From Limisphaerales bacterium (GTDB lineage: Bacteria; Verrucomicrobiota; Verrucomicrobiia; Limisphaerales; AAA164-E04): 64,000 nt of DNA. The notes under the pieces are model-generated. The model saw nothing but the letters and a program-made list of their open reading frames with translations. It was not told the DNA's origin and did not search any database. The stretch covers positions 1,090,614-1,154,613 of the forward strand of contig OZ251460.1 in the NCBI GenBank assembly GCA_965242585.1, written 5' to 3'. Shown here one piece after another: positions 60,098-64,000 of the stretch. The number at the start of each line of letters is the position of its first letter. Position 1 is the stretch's first letter. The position numbers and the translations under genes are program-made.

Positions 60098-61847
60098 GAA
60101 TTTAATTCTGCTGAATCTTTCGGACAATCAACTCAGTTCCCTTGCCTTGCCCAACGGTTTGGCCAATTTGACCCAGTTATATCTCAATGGCAATCGACTG
60201 GATTCTTTTAGTTTGCCCAATGGCTTAACAAAGCTAAGATGGTTGCATCTTCGAGGGAATCAATTGGCTTCTTTTCGTTTTTCGGACAAGCTAACAAGCC
60301 TGGAAAGCCTCTATCTTTCGGACAATCAATTAACTTCCCTTACCTTGCCTAACGGTATGGTAAGTTTGAAAGAATTGCATCTTCAAGGCAATCAGCTTAG
60401 CGTCTTCTTGCTTTCCCAAGATTTGCCTCTTTTAGAAACCCTCACTCTTTCCCGCAATCAACTCGCCTCTTTTGCCCTGCCCGACAACATGACCAACCTG
60501 CGCTCCTTGTCTCTCAACGAAAACCAACTCGCTTCCTTCACTCTGCCCGACGACGCGGCCAACTTACAAAGATTAGACCTTTCCCGCAATCAACTCGCCT
60601 CTTTTACTCTGCCCAACAACATGACCGACTTGCAAAAGTTATATCTTTCCCACAACCAACTCCCTTCTTTTCACTTGCCCGACGGCTTGGCGGACTTAGA
60701 AATCCTTTATCTTTCGGACAACCAATTGACGGCCTTTGCGTTGCCGAAAGGATTGGAAAGCCTGCAACTTCTATCTCTGGGCGGCAATCAGCTTAGCGTC
60801 TTCCTGCTTTCCCAAGATTTGCCTCTTTTAGAAACCCTCACTCTTTCCCGCAATCAACTCGCCTCTTTTGCCCTGCCCGACAACATGACCAACCTGCGCT
60901 CCTTGTCTCTCAACGAAAACCAACTCGCTTCCTTCACTCTGCCCGACGACGCGGCCAACTTACAAAGATTAGACCTTTCCCGCAATCAACTCGCCTCTTT
61001 TACTCTGCCCAACAACATGACCGACTTGCAAAAGTTATATCTTTCCCACAACCAACTCCCTTCTTTTCACTTGCCCGACGGCTTGGCGGACTTAGAAATC
61101 CTTTATCTTTCGGACAACCAATTGACGGCCTTTGCGTTGCCGAAAGGATTGGAAAGCCTGCAACTTCTATCTCTGGGCGGCAATCAGCTTAGCGTCTTCC
61201 TGCTTTCCCAAGATTTGCCTCTTTTAGAAACCCTCACTCTTTCCCGCAATCAACTCGCCTCTTTTGCCCTGCCCGACAACATGACCAACCTGCGCTCCTT
61301 GTCTCTCGCCGGGAATCCACTGAAATCATTCACAATTCCGCAAGATTTGACAAGCCTGGAGCGCTTAGACCTCTCCGGCGTTCCGTTGACAGCCGTCGCT
61401 TATCCCAATGACTGGGCTTTTCTCTCCCTGAGCGGAAAGGGCGAGTATGGGGGCTTTCACTTAGAAGTTTTCCCAGCTGTGGAAAGTTTGTCTCTTCGAT
61501 CTAGGGGACTGACTTCCTTGACTTTGCCGGAAGGCTTGACCAGCTTGGAAGAGTTGAATCTTTCTGGCAATCCGCTAAGGCGCTTGCTCATCCCTCGCGG
61601 GATGAACGTTGAAAACTTGGAAGTGTATGGTTTCCCAAAGTCGGAAATCACGCGTTACTTTGCCGAAGGGCCAATATCTATTCGACCGGCAGAGAACGGT
61701 CAAATAATCGTTGAATTCAGCGATGGAATTCTGCAGACGACCGAAAGTCTTTTGGGGAAATGGAAAGACCGTCCTAAATTGGAAAGTCCTTTTCACTTTT
61801 CTCCTTCTGCGCCGCAAACATTCTTCCGCGTCCGCCCGGCTTTTTAA
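59109..61847 (+). CDS. Secreted leucine-rich repeat protein (paralog 3)
   Basis: N-terminal part identical to paralog 2; expanded LRR core. Confidence 0.9.
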   Translation: MQLKNWMPLLTLALPCLAWIQSAQAQTLTITGTKTNGSSFEQKVLPDETRLNFYNLQLAELTIPQGLTNLTQLYLDNNHLTSLTLPNDLTNLKWLSLPHNQLASIALPKGLMSLEELDLSDNPLTAISYPDDWNLLPVVGARTDGTSFHWEVSPNRKTLYLDRNQLASLTLPVGLTNLNLLDLSENQLISISLPNDLTKLNLLYLNHNRLTSATIPEGLANLTQLYLDNNPLTSLTLPNDMASLEWLHLQDNQLTSIALPDSLASLRRLDIARNQLLSLTLPDDMARLEFVSLPDNQLTSLTLPNSLTSLRWLHLQDNHLNSFALPDSLANLILLNLSDNQLSSLALPNGLANLTQLYLNGNRLDSFSLPNGLTKLRWLHLRGNQLASFRFSDKLTSLESLYLSDNQLTSLTLPNGMVSLKELHLQGNQLSVFLLSQDLPLLETLTLSRNQLASFALPDNMTNLRSLSLNENQLASFTLPDDAANLQRLDLSRNQLASFTLPNNMTDLQKLYLSHNQLPSFHLPDGLADLEILYLSDNQLTAFALPKGLESLQLLSLGGNQLSVFLLSQDLPLLETLTLSRNQLASFALPDNMTNLRSLSLNENQLASFTLPDDAANLQRLDLSRNQLASFTLPNNMTDLQKLYLSHNQLPSFHLPDGLADLEILYLSDNQLTAFALPKGLESLQLLSLGGNQLSVFLLSQDLPLLETLTLSRNQLASFALPDNMTNLRSLSLAGNPLKSFTIPQDLTSLERLDLSGVPLTAVAYPNDWAFLSLSGKGEYGGFHLEVFPAVESLSLRSRGLTSLTLPEGLTSLEELNLSGNPLRRLLIPRGMNVENLEVYGFPKSEITRYFAEGPISIRPAENGQIIVEFSDGILQTTESLLGKWKDRPKLESPFHFSPSAPQTFFRVRPAF
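60387..61305. repeat. 396-bp (six-LRR) tandem repeat
   Basis: ggcaatcagcttagcgtcttc occurs at 60387, 60783 and 61179. Confidence 0.9.
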
Positions 61848-61872
61848 ATTTGCTCTCGTTTTCAAGTCTTAC

Positions 61873-63321
61873 TTACTCACGCGCCCTTGTCGGTTTCCCG
61901 GCGGCGAGGCTCAGGCAAAGGATTTCGCGGTCGTTGCGCAGGTAGATGCGGCGGTTGGCAAAGGCTGGATGGGACCAAACGAGGCGGCGTCCGCCGACAA
62001 TGTGGGTCGGCTCGATGACTTGGGTGCGCGAGATTTCTCGATAACCTTGGGGAGAAAGTTCGGCCAAGATGAGTTCGCCGTGGTCGTTGGCCAGAAAGAA
62101 ACGACCGCTAGGCTTGTGTTTGATGGTGAAGACGTTTGGCCAGGAAGCGGCGCGTTGTCCGGCCTGATTTCGGGTAGGCAAATCATTGCTCCACATCCGG
62201 CGGCCGGTGGCTAGTTCAACGCAGCGGTATTCGCCCCGATGACCGGAGGCGTAGACGAAGCCATCTTCTATCCAAGCAGTATTCAAAACGCCGCTCACCC
62301 CGGATTTTGTTCCTCCTTTCCAAATCACTTTTGCGGACGCGCCGTCGGAGGCCACTTCAATCGTCCCCGAAATGCGGTTGAAGGCCATGAGAAACAAGCG
62401 ACGGCCTTCCAAGCGGGGCATGCCGATGGACATTCCAAAGGTCGATGGGAAGGGCAAGGACCAGAAAACTTCTCCCGAAACGGGGTTCAATCCGCGGATA
62501 TTTTTGCTGTCCCAAGCGATGAGTTGGCGTTTTCCCCCGATGGAATAAATGACGGGCGGGCAGTAACCGGGGTCTTTTGCCGCGCCGGATCGCCAAAGTT
62601 CTTCGCCGGTGTTTTTGTCAAAAGCCACCACTGCCGAATCTTTTCCGCCCACCATACAAAAGAGCCGGTCGCCTTCCACCAGAGGATGCGCCGCAAAGCC
62701 CCAAGTGGGTGTTTTCGCTTGGTGGCTTTTCCGAAAGTCGACGCTCCAAATTTCCCGTCCGTCTTCGATTGCAAGGCATTTCAAGTGGCCTTCGGCGCCT
62801 AAGGTGTAGACACGGCCTTCGTTCACCGTCGGCGTGCATCGCGGGCCGATTGCGTAAGGATAGGCCGTGGAATAGACGCTTTCGTATTGCACTTGCCAAA
62901 GCTTTTTGCCCGTGGATGCTTCCAAGCAAATCACGCGCTCCGTTCCCGGAATTTTCGCCCGGACAAAGTTGGGATTCCCCGTCGCTTTTTCAAAAGCAAA
63001 GGCTTTGGCCTGGCGGTCCATCACCAGAACGCGTCCATCGGCGACCGCCGGTCCCGAATAGCCGCCGCCTAAGGGTTGTCGCCAAATCACAGGCAATCCG
63101 CCATTGGGAAACTTCTCGACAATGCCCACTTCCCGCCAGACGCCGTCGCGATTCTCTCCCAACCACTGCGGCCAATCGTCCGCCAAGATCATCGTGACGC
63201 CCAGCCAACACGCCAACACGAGCGCGGCCATTCTTCTCATTCTTCCGTTTTGGTTCATCTTTCTATCGGTCAGTTTCTTTCCAAAATCCAGTTTGCGGAA
63301 ACGCCCGCCATTCAAAAACAA
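61873..63321 (-). CDS. PQQ-binding-like beta-propeller protein
   Basis: DWPQWLG.NRDG, GYSGPAV, GPRCTP and WSHPAFAN motifs; true start probably near 63258. Confidence 0.85.
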   Translation of the reverse strand: MFLNGGRFRKLDFGKKLTDRKMNQNGRMRRMAALVLACWLGVTMILADDWPQWLGENRDGVWREVGIVEKFPNGGLPVIWRQPLGGGYSGPAVADGRVLVMDRQAKAFAFEKATGNPNFVRAKIPGTERVICLEASTGKKLWQVQYESVYSTAYPYAIGPRCTPTVNEGRVYTLGAEGHLKCLAIEDGREIWSVDFRKSHQAKTPTWGFAAHPLVEGDRLFCMVGGKDSAVVAFDKNTGEELWRSGAAKDPGYCPPVIYSIGGKRQLIAWDSKNIRGLNPVSGEVFWSLPFPSTFGMSIGMPRLEGRRLFLMAFNRISGTIEVASDGASAKVIWKGGTKSGVSGVLNTAWIEDGFVYASGHRGEYRCVELATGRRMWSNDLPTRNQAGQRAASWPNVFTIKHKPSGRFFLANDHGELILAELSPQGYREISRTQVIEPTHIVGGRRLVWSHPAFANRRIYLRNDREILCLSLAAGKPTRARE

Positions 63322-63330
63322 GACAATTGC

Positions 63331-64000
63331 CTAGCGAATCACCGGCCCGTCAACGTCCAGAATTTGCGAATTCGACACCGAGTTTCCAAAAGTTTCATAG
63401 CGGTCAAAAGTCCAAACGACTTCTTTGGTTTTTGGATCCAACTCGACTAAGAGCGGGTTGTCGGGGCCGGCATGGCAGTTTCCAACAACGTAGTTTCCAT
63501 TCGGCAAAACTTCCAGCGTCGTTACCCAAGCCAAACGAATCCCCGGCAAATCATCTTGCCGCACTTGCCAGACAATGTTCTTTTCGGGAGTCACTTCCAG
63601 AACGCTGTGGCCATTGCCGGTGGCAATCAAAGTGTTGCCGTTGACCAAACGCAAAGCCGAGAAACACTGGTTGCCATACGCTTGCAGGCCGTGCCCCGGT
63701 TGCGCTTTTTTGCCGAACATCGGCACTTCATACTCCCAAACCACCGCTCCGTCGGCGCCGCGATATTCACGCACGACTCCATCGCGCTCGTGGCAAACGA
63801 GGTAGTTGCCGCTTTTCAACTTGCGGGCGAGCCTCGTGTCGGTGTGCGGATGCGGCTTGAGAACTTTGAGCCGAATCTCCTTTTGAATTTTGCTGGCGCG
63901 ATTCACTTCAATAATCCGCGCCGGCCCCGATTCAGCAATCATCACGAGGCCGTTTTCCAAAGGCTGAAAGGCATGCACTTCCACTCGTTTTTCCTCGTTT
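63331..64000 (-). CDS. Beta-propeller-like hypothetical protein (5' end outside the window)
   Basis: Repeated L.NGN.L..../VVW blades. Confidence 0.7.
   Translation of the reverse strand, partial: NEEKRVEVHAFQPLENGLVMIAESGPARIIEVNRASKIQKEIRLKVLKPHPHTDTRLARKLKSGNYLVCHERDGVVREYRGADGAVVWEYEVPMFGKKAQPGHGLQAYGNQCFSALRLVNGNTLIATGNGHSVLEVTPEKNIVWQVRQDDLPGIRLAWVTTLEVLPNGNYVVGNCHAGPDNPLLVELDPKTKEVVWTFDRYETFGNSVSNSQILDVDGPVIR

Overview
Bacterial chromosomal window, most likely from a Verrucomicrobiota (PVC) organism: it has DUF1552/DUF1592 with a planctomycete-type cytochrome c domain, a prepilin/H-X9-DG (DUF1559) gene, a PEP-CTERM gene and PQQ-like propellers. Cadherin-like and LRR repeat proteins plus clear gene decay suggest a host-associated lifestyle such as a sponge symbiont; this is inference. 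Core blocks are nusA-infB-rbfA-nrnA-truB-ribF running into moxR-DUF58-DUF4381-batABCDE, then tlyA-nadK, kdsA-trpG and dapF-dapA. Accessory cassettes sit between them. The best novelty candidate is a pair of related two-gene cassettes (12.5-15.7 kb minus strand; 49.3-51.8 kb plus strand). Each reads promoter, a 160-175 nt G.U-rich structured leader with shared junction sequences, a secreted protein with an extended signal peptide, a 21-nt gap, a membrane-anchored partner (MKxSxxIxxxGVVVI), then a terminator. Other notable features are a Tiamat-like GHKL-ATPase/DUF3883 defence gene beside a DUF4011-helicase remnant, a tandem MauE-linked array with diverged middles, three recombining secreted LRR paralogs, several pseudogenes missed by the ORF track (J-domain, D-TA PLP enzyme, IS5 transposase) and a sawtooth G/C skew that flips at accessory sites. 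No rRNA, tRNA or CRISPR array was seen. All family assignments come from motifs recognised by eye, not from database searches.
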